Sequence record: MK327931.1 | Length of the DNA stretch: 64,000 nucleotides | Direction: 5' to 3' (one strand) | Source: Escherichia phage vB_EcoM_G17 | Shown here: positions 54,042-60,949 of the stretch, piece by piece | Numbering within the stretch: the first letter of the stretch is position 1 | How the letters are laid out: each line of letters begins with the position of its first letter | Translations under genes and position numbers: made by a program | Notes under the pieces: model-generated | The model's database searches: none | The model's input: only the letters and a program-made list of their open reading frames with translations | Told to the model about the DNA's origin: nothing

Positions 54042-54122
54042 GATACACTCCTGCACCCTGTGGGCTAGTGAGCTATCTCTCAATGAATATATAATAGCAA
54101 AATGGCTGACCGAAGTCAACCA
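54042..54122 (-). repeat. terminator/promoter/box module, copy 4
   Basis: hairpin TGGCTGAC..GTCAACCA 54103-22 (compensatory changes vs other copies), -35 TTGACT 54114-19; 17-nt spacer; -10 TATTAT 54091-96; box 54042-66. Confidence 0.65.
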
Positions 54123-54128
54123 CTTTTT

Positions 54129-54266
54129 TCATTTATTTTTAGCTTTTAGAATCGCCGCCTTTCGTGTCATTCCTTGTTTGATGTACTCCTTTACTTTCGC
54201 TTTTTTAGCGTTTACCTTGTCTGCTTTCGTTTTAGGAGTACTGTAAATTATACCGTTAGGATTCAT
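54129..54266 (-). CDS. small basic protein (45 aa)
   Basis: below track cutoff; directly follows the stop of the upstream micro-ORF. Confidence 0.45.
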   Translation of the reverse strand: MNPNGIIYSTPKTKADKVNAKKAKVKEYIKQGMTRKAAILKAKNK

Positions 54267-54356
54267 TTAAATCACCATAAAGAATAGATAGGTTACTAAC
54301 AACGCCGCGATCAATGCACCGACCAGGGCCGAACTATAGTAAGCTAATGTTTTCAT
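54267..54356 (-). CDS. hydrophobic micro-protein (29 aa)
   Basis: MKTLAYYSSALVGALIAALLVTYLFFMVI; ATGA-coupled upstream. Confidence 0.4.
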   Translation of the reverse strand: MKTLAYYSSALVGALIAALLVTYLFFMVI

Positions 54357-54505
54357 TTTTTAGCCTGAAAATAATGTTTAATTTGTGCGGCGGTCAATGC
54401 ACAATTACGCAGGAAGTTTTCTGTATAACTGCGGCGAGTACTGAAAGAGAATTGACCTTTGCCGTTGCCGATAGTAACATCAAACCGAGCGTTGTATTGT
54501 TTCAT
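54353..54505 (-). CDS. small protein (50 aa)
   Basis: below track cutoff; AAGGAGAA SD; cassette upstream. Confidence 0.55.
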   Translation of the reverse strand: MKQYNARFDVTIGNGKGQFSFSTRRSYTENFLRNCALTAAQIKHYFQAKK

Positions 54506-54524
54506 TTTGATTCTCCTTGTATCA

Positions 54525-54586
54525 GGGGAGAACCATTTCCCCCCCCTCTATGTAAACAATTATACAGTACTGGAAACTAATTGCAA
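54525..54586 (-). promoter_or_regulatory. promoter + 5' leader hairpin cassette
   Basis: -35 TTGCAA 54581-86, 16-nt spacer, -10 TATAAT 54559-64; hairpin from 54525. Confidence 0.75.
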
Positions 54587-54589
54587 GTA

Positions 54590-54736
54590 CTATTTTTTAG
54601 ATTTACGCAAACTTTCTACCATCTCAGGAGTAAGGCCCGGCGGGTAGGAAACCACTTCATCCACAAAACGCAAAGGGAATACCCCAGCGAAAGGTGAACG
54701 TGCTTTCTTGTTAGTACTCTTTTTTGATGCTTTCAT
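54590..54736 (-). CDS. small protein (48 aa)
   Basis: below track cutoff; cassette upstream; MKASKKSTNKKARSPFAG... Confidence 0.5.
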   Translation of the reverse strand: MKASKKSTNKKARSPFAGVFPLRFVDEVVSYPPGLTPEMVESLRKSKK

Positions 54737-54755
54737 TTCATATTCCTTAATTAGT

Positions 54756-54815
54756 GGGGAGAATCATTTCTCCCCTTCATGTAAAACATTATACAGTACT
54801 GAAAACTAATTGCAA
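54756..54815 (-). promoter_or_regulatory. promoter + 5' leader hairpin cassette
   Basis: -35 TTGCAA 54810-15, 16-nt spacer, -10 TATAAT 54788-93; hairpin GGGGAGAA-tcat-TTCTCCCC 54756-75. Confidence 0.8.
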
Positions 54816-55015
54816 GTACTATTTGAAAGTAAATGCTCATACGCTGCATTAACTACGTTTTCAATAACCGACTGTACAGAAAGATCCCCCACGTCCCGGC
54901 TATAGTAGAAATCGCTTACAGTGGTGTCATCGTATGCAAATACTTTACCAGGTACGGCATCAATCACATACATATTAACCTTTAAGATGTCGATCTTATC
55001 CTGTACAGTAAGCAT
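54806..55015 (-). CDS. hypothetical small protein
   Basis: 69-aa ORF. Confidence 0.65.
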   Translation of the reverse strand: MLTVQDKIDILKVNMYVIDAVPGKVFAYDDTTVSDFYYSRDVGDLSVQSVIENVVNAAYEHLLSNSTCN

Positions 55016-55020
55016 ATTAA

Positions 55021-55293
55021 TTAACCTTTTAAGTACTGGCTTAAGTAGTCTTGTTGATCTTCGGTGATTGCAGCCATCTTCCCTAGTACTGGATTGATGA
55101 TATAATCCCCTGTAACGTCCTGTAACGCATTCTCAGGCGGTTTAACGGCTGGGGTAGCCATAGCCATTGCCTGGACTTGTTCGACGCTGTAACGCTCATA
55201 AAGGCGGCATTCTTCCGGTGTTAACATAGCATCAGTACGCTTCATCGGTTTAATGATGCTTTCGATCTCATTCAGTACTTGATTAACGTTCAT
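55021..55293 (-). CDS. hypothetical small protein
   Basis: 90-aa ORF. Confidence 0.7.
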   Translation of the reverse strand: MNVNQVLNEIESIIKPMKRTDAMLTPEECRLYERYSVEQVQAMAMATPAVKPPENALQDVTGDYIINPVLGKMAAITEDQQDYLSQYLKG

Positions 55294-55344
55294 GGTATAA
55301 TCCCCAATATAAGCGGCCTGAATCGACCGCTAACGATGTTTTGA

Positions 55345-55614
55345 TTAATAGGTGTATGGTTGACGTTCAAACAATGATTGCACGTTGTACGCCCCACTAA
55401 TGGGCTTTGCTGGTAAATCAATTTTATATTGTTCACGCTTAAAGATAATAAAACGGCAATTGTTTTTTACATCAAAATTGATTGAACGTTCCAGGAGTTT
55501 TCCATCGTGTACAAATACAAGATAACCGCTTGCTACTTGTTTTGTAGTACTGGTTGCAACCATAGACCGACGAACATGCGTACCTGCATCGATTAAAGTA
55601 CTGATATTTTTCAT
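55345..55614 (-). CDS. hypothetical small protein
   Basis: 89-aa ORF. Confidence 0.7.
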   Translation of the reverse strand: MKNISTLIDAGTHVRRSMVATSTTKQVASGYLVFVHDGKLLERSINFDVKNNCRFIIFKREQYKIDLPAKPISGAYNVQSLFERQPYTY

Positions 55615-55652
55615 TATACGATCCTCTTAAGTTAATTTAATTTCTTTCCCCT

Positions 55653-55689
55653 ATGCAGACACTATATCAAAGTATCTGCATAAAGTAAA
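55653..55689 (-). promoter_or_regulatory. promoter bracketed by a palindromic operator-like repeat
   Basis: -35 TTTACT 55684-89, 17-nt spacer, -10 TATAGT 55661-66; 7-bp arms ATGCAGA (55653-59) / TCTGCAT (55675-81) flank the -10. Confidence 0.55.
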
Positions 55690-55694
55690 GCTAA

Positions 55695-56018
55695 TTAAAG
55701 ATCTTTTTTGCGTTTAACATTCTGTACAGTACAATGCAACGGGATATTAAGATCATTGCACACACGAGTAAGGGAGGTTTCATCAGTATTAAGCCCGTCT
55801 ACTGATTCCTTTAAGAGAGATAACGCCGTTTGTTGATATGCATCTTCATAGCCATAAGTAAATGATTCAACCGCCAGATCATTCAAACCGTTATCCAGTT
55901 CAACGCTTACATGACAAGAATGATAAGTATTGCCATATGAATCAGTCCAACGTTTACCGTCAACATTGATTGCACGGATTGCAGCCAGGGAAACGGTGTT
56001 AATGATAGTTTTAGCCAT
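55695..56018 (-). CDS. hypothetical protein, paralog of 49577..49900
   Basis: shared RWTDSYGNTYHSCHVS...FTYGY...VKRKKDL. Confidence 0.75.
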   Translation of the reverse strand: MAKTIINTVSLAAIRAINVDGKRWTDSYGNTYHSCHVSVELDNGLNDLAVESFTYGYEDAYQQTALSLLKESVDGLNTDETSLTRVCNDLNIPLHCTVQNVKRKKDL

Positions 56019-56059
56019 TTTTGTATTCCTTAAATTAATATGTTGTCTTGATAAAATCT

Positions 56060-56088
56060 ATTATGCCAGTACTATCAAACTATGTCAA
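56060..56088 (-). promoter_or_regulatory. sigma70-like promoter
   Basis: -35 TTGACA 56083-88, 17-nt spacer, -10 CATAAT 56060-65. Confidence 0.7.
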
Positions 56089-56107
56089 TAGTACTGTGAT
56101 AATATTT

Positions 56108-56251
56108 TTACTTACTTTTTGCTTTCTTTGCTGCTTCCACCTGGTCGGCCCATTCTTTACCCCATACTTGTAAATTATAATGGTACTGGCAAAGAGCAAC
56201 GCCCCGCTTTAAACCCGTAATAGATTTCTGACCACATTGACAAGTTTTCAT
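56108..56251 (-). CDS. small Cys-rich protein (47 aa)
   Basis: below track cutoff; MKTCQCGQKS...CQYH; cassette upstream. Confidence 0.55.
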   Translation of the reverse strand: MKTCQCGQKSITGLKRGVALCQYHYNLQVWGKEWADQVEAAKKAKSK

Positions 56252-56268
56252 TTTAGTTTCCTTGTAGT

Positions 56269-56328
56269 GGGGAGAACCATTTCTCCCCTTGATGTAATGT
56301 ATTATACTTTATTCGATTTACTTTGCAA
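56269..56328 (-). promoter_or_regulatory. promoter + 5' leader hairpin cassette
   Basis: -35 TTGCAA 56323-28, 16-nt spacer, -10 TATAAT 56301-06; hairpin GGGGAGAA-ccat-TTCTCCCC 56269-88. Confidence 0.8.
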
Positions 56329-56337
56329 GTACTTTTT

Positions 56338-56565
56338 TTAATTTAATTCATCCAGGCAAAGGATACGCTCAACGCCCAAATCAGTTAAACTAATCGACGG
56401 CACTTGATAGGTTTCAATGTATGCTACACTTGCCCACTGACCGAACTCATTAACGGCCCAGGTATTCATTGCATTTTGCAATTCCGCACCTTCCTTGTTG
56501 GTAATTACAGCAACAGTAGAAGAATTACCAGTAGTACCAGATACGCGAGTGATTACGATAGCCAT
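56338..56565 (-). CDS. hypothetical small protein
   Basis: 75-aa ORF. Confidence 0.7.
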   Translation of the reverse strand: MAIVITRVSGTTGNSSTVAVITNKEGAELQNAMNTWAVNEFGQWASVAYIETYQVPSISLTDLGVERILCLDELN

Positions 56566-56597
56566 TTTTTAATTCCTATTCAGTAGTTGATGTATGT

Positions 56598-56626
56598 ATT
56601 ATGTCAGTACTTAAAACTATTGTCAA
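56598..56626 (-). promoter_or_regulatory. sigma70-like promoter
   Basis: -35 TTGACA 56621-26, 17-nt spacer, -10 CATAAT 56598-603. Confidence 0.7.
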
Positions 56627-56634
56627 ACTATTTT

Positions 56635-56787
56635 TTAAAGTTTATCAATGATTGATGCCGTTTCATTGATAGTCTTGCCGTGTTTTGCACACGCGATAAC
56701 TGCTTTAAATTCCTTTGATGACCAATCTTTCTTGCTGCATACTGACATTACTTGTAAAGTAAAACAATCCAGTTCATAAGTATTCAT
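56635..56787 (-). CDS. small protein (50 aa), paralog of 52753..52896
   Basis: below track cutoff; own promoter. Confidence 0.55.
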   Translation of the reverse strand: MNTYELDCFTLQVMSVCSKKDWSSKEFKAVIACAKHGKTINETASIIDKL

Positions 56788-56832
56788 CTTTAAATCCTCA
56801 GTTAGTTAAGGTGTCTCGCCTTGATGTAATTA

Positions 56833-56860
56833 ATTATACGCTAATCTCTTAATCGTGCAA
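56833..56860 (-). promoter_or_regulatory. sigma70-like promoter
   Basis: -35 TTGCAC 56855-60, 16-nt spacer, -10 TATAAT 56833-38. Confidence 0.65.
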
Positions 56861-56925
56861 GTACTTTTTATTACTTTTTGCAAAATACTTTAAACGCTCT
56901 CAATCGCATTCTAACGACCTTAACT

Positions 56926-56933
56926 CCACCAGC
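56926..56933 (-). other. Chi octamer on minus strand (intergenic)
   Basis: plus strand reads CCACCAGC. Confidence 0.85.
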
Positions 56934-57002
56934 TAGGGCGATGTATCAGATAATCAGTTTAATGCGTTAGGCGGTGCTAGTGGACTGGAATACTATAGAC
57001 AC

Positions 57003-57029
57003 AAAAAAGCCCACTGTTTAAGGTGGGCT
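57003..57029 (-). terminator. rho-independent terminator (copy 1 of an identical ~40-bp repeat)
   Basis: AGCCCAC-8nt-GTGGGCT followed by T6 on minus strand after 57051..57533. Confidence 0.85.
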
Positions 57030-57050
57030 AGTGATTCAGTACTTTAATTT

Positions 57051-57533
57051 TTATGCTTCAACTTTGCGATGAGCTTCGATCCATTCCTCGCGAGTCATAC
57101 CGCTTTCTTTGATAGCGTCCAGTACTACCGCAATGCAGTTACCGCGTACAGGAATCAAATGTTCTTCCCCGTTATCAAGTACTACCGCTACACGTTCCTG
57201 AATCCATTTTTTAGGCTTAGATTCCGGCTTATCTTCACCATACTTAACCGCCAGGGCTTTATGTGCCATTTCCACAACCACTTCCAGATCCAATCCAGAC
57301 ACTGCCGCCTGAATACTTTCAATTGTTGCTTGTAGTTCTGCTTCACGGGCTTTTTTCTGTTCTTCCAGTTCTGCTACCTTTTTGGCTTGCAGTTCTTTCG
57401 CAGTACTGTACGCAATGTTAAAATTGTTGCGTACCGCTTTCATGGTATCGCTATCCAGTTCAGCCAGGATTTCTGCCGCTACGTTAGTTTCATTTGCTAC
57501 CAGTGCTTTGATGAATGATTTTACATTAGCCAT
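57051..57533 (-). CDS. hypothetical protein with a central coiled-coil-like segment
   Basis: trimmed to MANVKSF; KELQAKKVAELEEQKKAREAELQATIESIQ. Confidence 0.75.
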   Translation of the reverse strand: MANVKSFIKALVANETNVAAEILAELDSDTMKAVRNNFNIAYSTAKELQAKKVAELEEQKKAREAELQATIESIQAAVSGLDLEVVVEMAHKALAVKYGEDKPESKPKKWIQERVAVVLDNGEEHLIPVRGNCIAVVLDAIKESGMTREEWIEAHRKVEA

Positions 57534-57589
57534 TTTATAAATCCTCAATTAAAGTTTAGTTTACGTTAGATAGTGTATCAAAGTTTTCT

Positions 57590-57647
57590 CGACGTGTCCA
57601 GTTTTTCGTTCGACTTACTGGCGGTCTACTTAGTGCTCCCCGTCTTG
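57590..57647 (-). promoter_or_regulatory. conserved leader element, diverged copy 3
   Basis: shares GTTTTTCG, CTTACT, CTACTTA and CCCCGTCTTGATG blocks with 50606-50674 and 60594-60664. Confidence 0.35.
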
Positions 57648-57656
57648 ATGTAATAC

Positions 57657-57684
57657 ATTCTACGCTTTTCTGTGGTAATGTCAA
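57657..57684 (-). promoter_or_regulatory. sigma70-like promoter
   Basis: -35 TTGACA 57679-84, 16-nt spacer, -10 TAGAAT 57657-62. Confidence 0.65.
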
Positions 57685-57738
57685 CTACTTTTTTAAAACT
57701 ATTTTTAAAGTATCTCAGTACTACGATACTACAAAAAC

Positions 57739-57765
57739 AAAAAAGCCCACTGTTTAAGGTGGGCT
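57739..57765 (-). terminator. rho-independent terminator (copy 2 of an identical repeat)
   Basis: same AGCCCAC..GTGGGCT stem followed by T6 after 57783..58082. Confidence 0.85.
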
Positions 57766-57782
57766 AGTGATTCAGTACTAGA

Positions 57783-58082
57783 TTATAAACAGTTAATTAC
57801 TCCGGTGTGCGTTACTTTCTCAGTATCCATAACCGTGACCGATCCACGCTTAGTACTGGCATCATAATAAATTGTGGTGCTACCGTTTTCGTCTTCTTCA
57901 TGGAACGGGCCGTTTTTAAATGCTTCCGGCTGGATCTCTAAATCCTTTAATACAATCTCGCCAGTTCTTTCATCGGTCATTGCAACAGTGCACTGAATGA
58001 ATTTTTCATTACTTACATCTAATGACGCATTAACAGCGAAAGAGGAAACAGATAAAGCCAGGGCGATGATTGCAATTTTCAT
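57783..58082 (-). CDS. secreted/periplasmic small protein
   Basis: N-term signal peptide MKIAIIALALSVSSFAVNA. Confidence 0.75.
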   Translation of the reverse strand: MKIAIIALALSVSSFAVNASLDVSNEKFIQCTVAMTDERTGEIVLKDLEIQPEAFKNGPFHEEDENGSTTIYYDASTKRGSVTVMDTEKVTHTGVINCL

Positions 58083-58102
58083 TTGATTATCCTTAGTTAC
58101 CA

Positions 58103-58161
58103 GGGGGAACCGCTCCCCCTTGCTATGTAAAATATTATACAGTACTAAAAACTAATTGCAA
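58103..58161 (-). promoter_or_regulatory. promoter + 5' leader hairpin cassette
   Basis: -35 TTGCAA 58156-61, 16-nt spacer, -10 TATAAT 58134-39; hairpin GGGGGAA-ccg-CTCCCCC 58103-19. Confidence 0.75.
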
Positions 58162-58166
58162 GTACT

Positions 58167-58403
58167 TTATGATTTTTTATAAAACATTTCGGCAGTGATA
58201 TTTTTACCCGTTGGCTGTACTTTATCCAGAATTTTTTGATGCCCTGGCCGTCCAAATGAATATGATCCGTAAACCGTAAACCAGTAGTTACCCTCAGTGT
58301 TTACATGTACAGCACAATAGGGAACGCCCCGCGATTCATCACTAGTAAAGTGTGCTACCGTTCCCGTTACATTCGAAGTCGTTGATTTGATTTGTTCAAG
58401 CAT
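58167..58403 (-). CDS. hypothetical small protein
   Basis: 78-aa ORF. Confidence 0.7.
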   Translation of the reverse strand: MLEQIKSTTSNVTGTVAHFTSDESRGVPYCAVHVNTEGNYWFTVYGSYSFGRPGHQKILDKVQPTGKNITAEMFYKKS

Positions 58404-58424
58404 TTTCTTATTCCTTAGTTACCA

Positions 58425-58477
58425 GGGGAACCGCTCCCCTATGCAAAACATTATACGCGTTTAAAAACTAATAGCAA
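58425..58477 (-). promoter_or_regulatory. promoter + 5' leader hairpin cassette
   Basis: -35 TTGCTA 58472-77, 16-nt spacer, -10 TATAAT 58450-55; hairpin 58425-39. Confidence 0.7.
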
Positions 58478-58510
58478 GTATTTTAATAAAAAGTATTTGG
58501 AAAATAATTG

Positions 58511-58539
58511 TTGACAAGTGCATCCAGTACTGGCATAAT
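58511..58539 (+). promoter_or_regulatory. plus-strand sigma70 promoter, divergent from 58450-58477
   Basis: -35 TTGACA 58511-16, 17-nt spacer, -10 CATAAT 58534-39. Confidence 0.65.
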
Positions 58540-58545
58540 TACTAC

Positions 58546-58654
58546 ATCAAGACGAAACAGTCACTAACCCACCGGGTGCATAGATCCGTCTATTAAATGA
58601 TTCAGTACTGAAAAAGTAACGGGGAGTTATTATCTCCCCGCGTTGTTATTTTGT
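58546..58654 (+). ncRNA. candidate ~110-nt plus-strand small RNA
   Basis: own promoter; hairpin GAC-gaaaca-GTC; box AACCCACCGGGTGCATAG 58566-83; ATAGA-tccg-TCTAT; terminal hairpin CGGGGAG-7nt-CTCCCCG 58620-40 followed by a U-rich tail; no ORF. Confidence 0.4.
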
Positions 58655-58867
58655 AAGGTATAAACAGAAGTCACCTTTATTTGCTACGCCGCCAGTGTAA
58701 CGCGATGAATAGTTAGAAATATCTTGTACTTCTGCTATTACCAGTGTATCATCATTCATTTCGTCGCAGAAGCAAACGGCTGGATCTTTTACGCCGATAT
58801 TGTCGGCATGTTCCCGCATAGATTTAACCAGTGCTTCCAGTTGAGAAAGAGTAGTGATATTAGCCAT
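58646..58867 (-). CDS. hypothetical small protein
   Basis: trimmed to MANITTLSQ. Confidence 0.7.
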   Translation of the reverse strand: MANITTLSQLEALVKSMREHADNIGVKDPAVCFCDEMNDDTLVIAEVQDISNYSSRYTGGVANKGDFCLYLTK

Positions 58868-58886
58868 TGTATTTTCCTCATTACCA

Positions 58887-58945
58887 GGGAGAACCATTTC
58901 TCCCCTCTATGTAAACTATTATACAGTACTGAAAACTAATTGCAA
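58887..58945 (-). promoter_or_regulatory. promoter + 5' leader hairpin cassette
   Basis: -35 TTGCAA 58940-45, 16-nt spacer, -10 TATAAT 58918-23; hairpin 58887-904. Confidence 0.75.
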
Positions 58946-58953
58946 GTACTTTT

Positions 58954-59157
58954 TTAATTTAATTGCTTTAAAACATACTCAAAGACACCACGCACATCAT
59001 TGATCATCGCCTGGCGGTTAGCAGGTAACGCATCAGGATCGCCACTATCCCAGGCATTGATAAAACTCCCCAAATCATGATAGATTTTATTCTGTAAGCC
59101 GATTAACTGTAATTCTTTTTCTTCAAGCTCTTTGATGCGGTCGATTAAATCACTCAT
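58954..59157 (-). CDS. hypothetical small protein
   Basis: trimmed to MSDLIDRIKE after GAGGA. Confidence 0.65.
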   Translation of the reverse strand: MSDLIDRIKELEEKELQLIGLQNKIYHDLGSFINAWDSGDPDALPANRQAMINDVRGVFEYVLKQLN

Positions 59158-59174
59158 TAGATAATCCTCAGTAC

Positions 59175-59459
59175 TTAACTGTAAGATCCGCAACGGTCGC
59201 AGTAGTGCCCGTCCTCGTCATCGTCAACGAATTGACCGACGAAATGATCTACTTTCGCTTTCAGGTTATTATAATCGTTTTCTACTTCATTTAAACGCTT
59301 CTGGTAGTATTCCAGTGCTTTAAGATATGCCGCATCAGCAGTTTTCTCCTGCATAGCTAAATTCATGCCACGCGTTTCATCGTACAGCCAAAAACCATCG
59401 GTGCACTGGCTAATAGATAATGACTTGCTTAGTACTGTATAGTTAATTACTTTACCCAT
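59175..59459 (-). CDS. hypothetical small protein
   Basis: 94-aa ORF; C-term HYCDRCGSYS. Confidence 0.7.
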   Translation of the reverse strand: MGKVINYTVLSKSLSISQCTDGFWLYDETRGMNLAMQEKTADAAYLKALEYYQKRLNEVENDYNNLKAKVDHFVGQFVDDDEDGHYCDRCGSYS

Positions 59460-59477
59460 TAGATAATCCTCAGTAAA

Positions 59478-59537
59478 GGCGGGAACTATTCCCCGCCTCG
59501 ATATAAAGTATTATACGTTAATCTAACTACAATGCAA
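59478..59537 (-). promoter_or_regulatory. promoter + 5' leader hairpin cassette
   Basis: -35 TTGCAT 59532-37, 16-nt spacer, -10 TATAAT 59510-15; hairpin GGCGGGAA-cta-TTCCCCGCC 59478-97. Confidence 0.75.
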
Positions 59538-59551
59538 GTACTTTTTAAATT

Positions 59552-59818
59552 TTATAATCCTTTTACTGCATCAGGTGCGACTACTCCATCAATGTATTGA
59601 ACATCGTTTTCAACTTCACGGGCGGCATCATTCAGCAGATCAAAATTAAATTCCATTTCTTCCAGATCATCGAAATCAGGCTCATAACCATTAATTGTTG
59701 AATAAGTCCAAGTACCTTTTTCATAAGTTACGACACTTACATCAGGGAAGAAATCTTGCACATGATCCATCGCATCCCGAACCAATTGATGTGCAGTTGT
59801 GATATTTAAAGTTTTCAT
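59552..59818 (-). CDS. hypothetical small protein
   Basis: 88-aa ORF. Confidence 0.7.
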   Translation of the reverse strand: MKTLNITTAHQLVRDAMDHVQDFFPDVSVVTYEKGTWTYSTINGYEPDFDDLEEMEFNFDLLNDAAREVENDVQYIDGVVAPDAVKGL

Positions 59819-59839
59819 TTTGTTGCCCTTTTAGTGTGA

Positions 59840-59899
59840 GCGGGGAACCACTCCCCGCCTCGATGTAAAGTATTATACGCTTTTAAACTTAGTTTGCAA
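59840..59899 (-). promoter_or_regulatory. promoter + 5' leader hairpin cassette
   Basis: -35 TTGCAA 59894-99, 16-nt spacer, -10 TATAAT 59872-77; hairpin GCGGGGAA-cca-CTCCCCGC 59840-58. Confidence 0.75.
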
Positions 59900-59911
59900 G
59901 TACTTTTTAAA

Positions 59912-60523
59912 TTAATATGCGATTGATTCTACTACGTCATCAATAACATTGAATTGATATTCGTTACCCTCAATCAGTGCCGTAATGTTTTCAGTAGTGA
60001 ATTGATCCTCATATGCATTCTCTAAATCACGGTACAACTTGCGGGATAATTCACGAATAGTTTCAGTGAGTAGTTCCTCAAGCTCATTAACTAACGTTTC
60101 TTGTTTTGCGGTTAAATCAGTGTAAGCCGATTCAATGTACCCGCTTACAGTATTCTCATGCGAGTAGTGGGAGTGAGAACGCTTTACACTCATCGCCAAA
60201 TCATCTTCATTCAGCAGGTGACGGATTGAGCGATACTTAGTTAATGCTCTTACCTTGCGTAAAAACTTCACTGCGTCAACGTGGTCAGTACTGATTGATG
60301 CACCGTCACCCTGGGACCAAAAACCACTGAATTGTATTTCAGCTTCATTAATGCCATATTCCGGTAGTACTGTTTCTTTATAGTATTCAATTTCACTTTC
60401 AGAAAAATAATTGTCGTTTGAGTTTTTTTCACGTTCCCGAACCAGTTCGATAGCTGACGTTTTTTGTTCTGCGTTCAATTCAGAAAAATCCATAACGAAA
60501 GTAGTAGTAGTGATAGTTTTCAT
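59912..60523 (-). CDS. hypothetical protein
   Basis: 203-aa ORF; motif FSGFWSQGDGASIS, family not identified. Confidence 0.75.
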   Translation of the reverse strand: MKTITTTTFVMDFSELNAEQKTSAIELVREREKNSNDNYFSESEIEYYKETVLPEYGINEAEIQFSGFWSQGDGASISTDHVDAVKFLRKVRALTKYRSIRHLLNEDDLAMSVKRSHSHYSHENTVSGYIESAYTDLTAKQETLVNELEELLTETIRELSRKLYRDLENAYEDQFTTENITALIEGNEYQFNVIDDVVESIAY

Positions 60524-60555
60524 TTTGTAACCCTCATTCAGTAGTTGATGTAAGT

Positions 60556-60583
60556 ATTATACGCTTTTAAAAACATTTGTCAA
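60556..60583 (-). promoter_or_regulatory. sigma70-like promoter (proximal of a tandem pair)
   Basis: -35 TTGACA 60578-83, 16-nt spacer, -10 TATAAT 60556-61. Confidence 0.7.
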
Positions 60584-60593
60584 ACTATTTTAT

Positions 60594-60664
60594 CAGGGGA
60601 GTTTTTCGTGTGCCTTACTCCTGGGCTACTTAACGGGAAGTTACTTATTTCGTTCCCCGTCCTG
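60594..60664 (-). promoter_or_regulatory. conserved ~70-nt leader element, copy 2
   Basis: near-copy of 50606-50674. Confidence 0.45.
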
Positions 60665-60673
60665 ATGTAAAAC

Positions 60674-60701
60674 ATTATACGCCTTTAAACATAGTTTGCA
60701 A
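60674..60701 (-). promoter_or_regulatory. sigma70-like promoter (distal of a tandem pair)
   Basis: -35 TTGCAA 60696-701, 16-nt spacer, -10 TATAAT 60674-79. Confidence 0.7.
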
Positions 60702-60746
60702 GTACTTTTTAAAAATAGTTTTCAGTACTGAATATTTAAAAAAGTA

Positions 60747-60810
60747 TTGACAGCATTATCAAGTACTGGCATAATATACCCCATGACAACAGCTAACCCA
60801 CCGGGTGCAC
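60747..60810 (+). promoter_or_regulatory. plus-strand promoter followed by a box (plus sense)
   Basis: -35 TTGACA 60747-52, 17-nt spacer, -10 CATAAT 60770-75; box AACCCACCGGGTGCAC 60795-810. Confidence 0.6.
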
Positions 60811-60842
60811 AATTGTAACTATACTAAACTACTTTTTCTATA

Positions 60843-60919
60843 GATACACTCCCGCACCCTATGGGCTACGGCTTATCTGCCAATGAATACATTATGCCAG
60901 TACTGACAAAATAAGTCAA
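60843..60919 (-). promoter_or_regulatory. minus-strand promoter followed by a box, convergent with 60747-60810
   Basis: -35 TTGACT 60914-19, 17-nt spacer, -10 CATAAT 60891-96; box AGCCCATAGGGTGCGGGAGTGTATC 60843-67. Confidence 0.6.
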
Positions 60920-60949
60920 TACCGGCAATTGTAAAGATTTGTAAACTGC

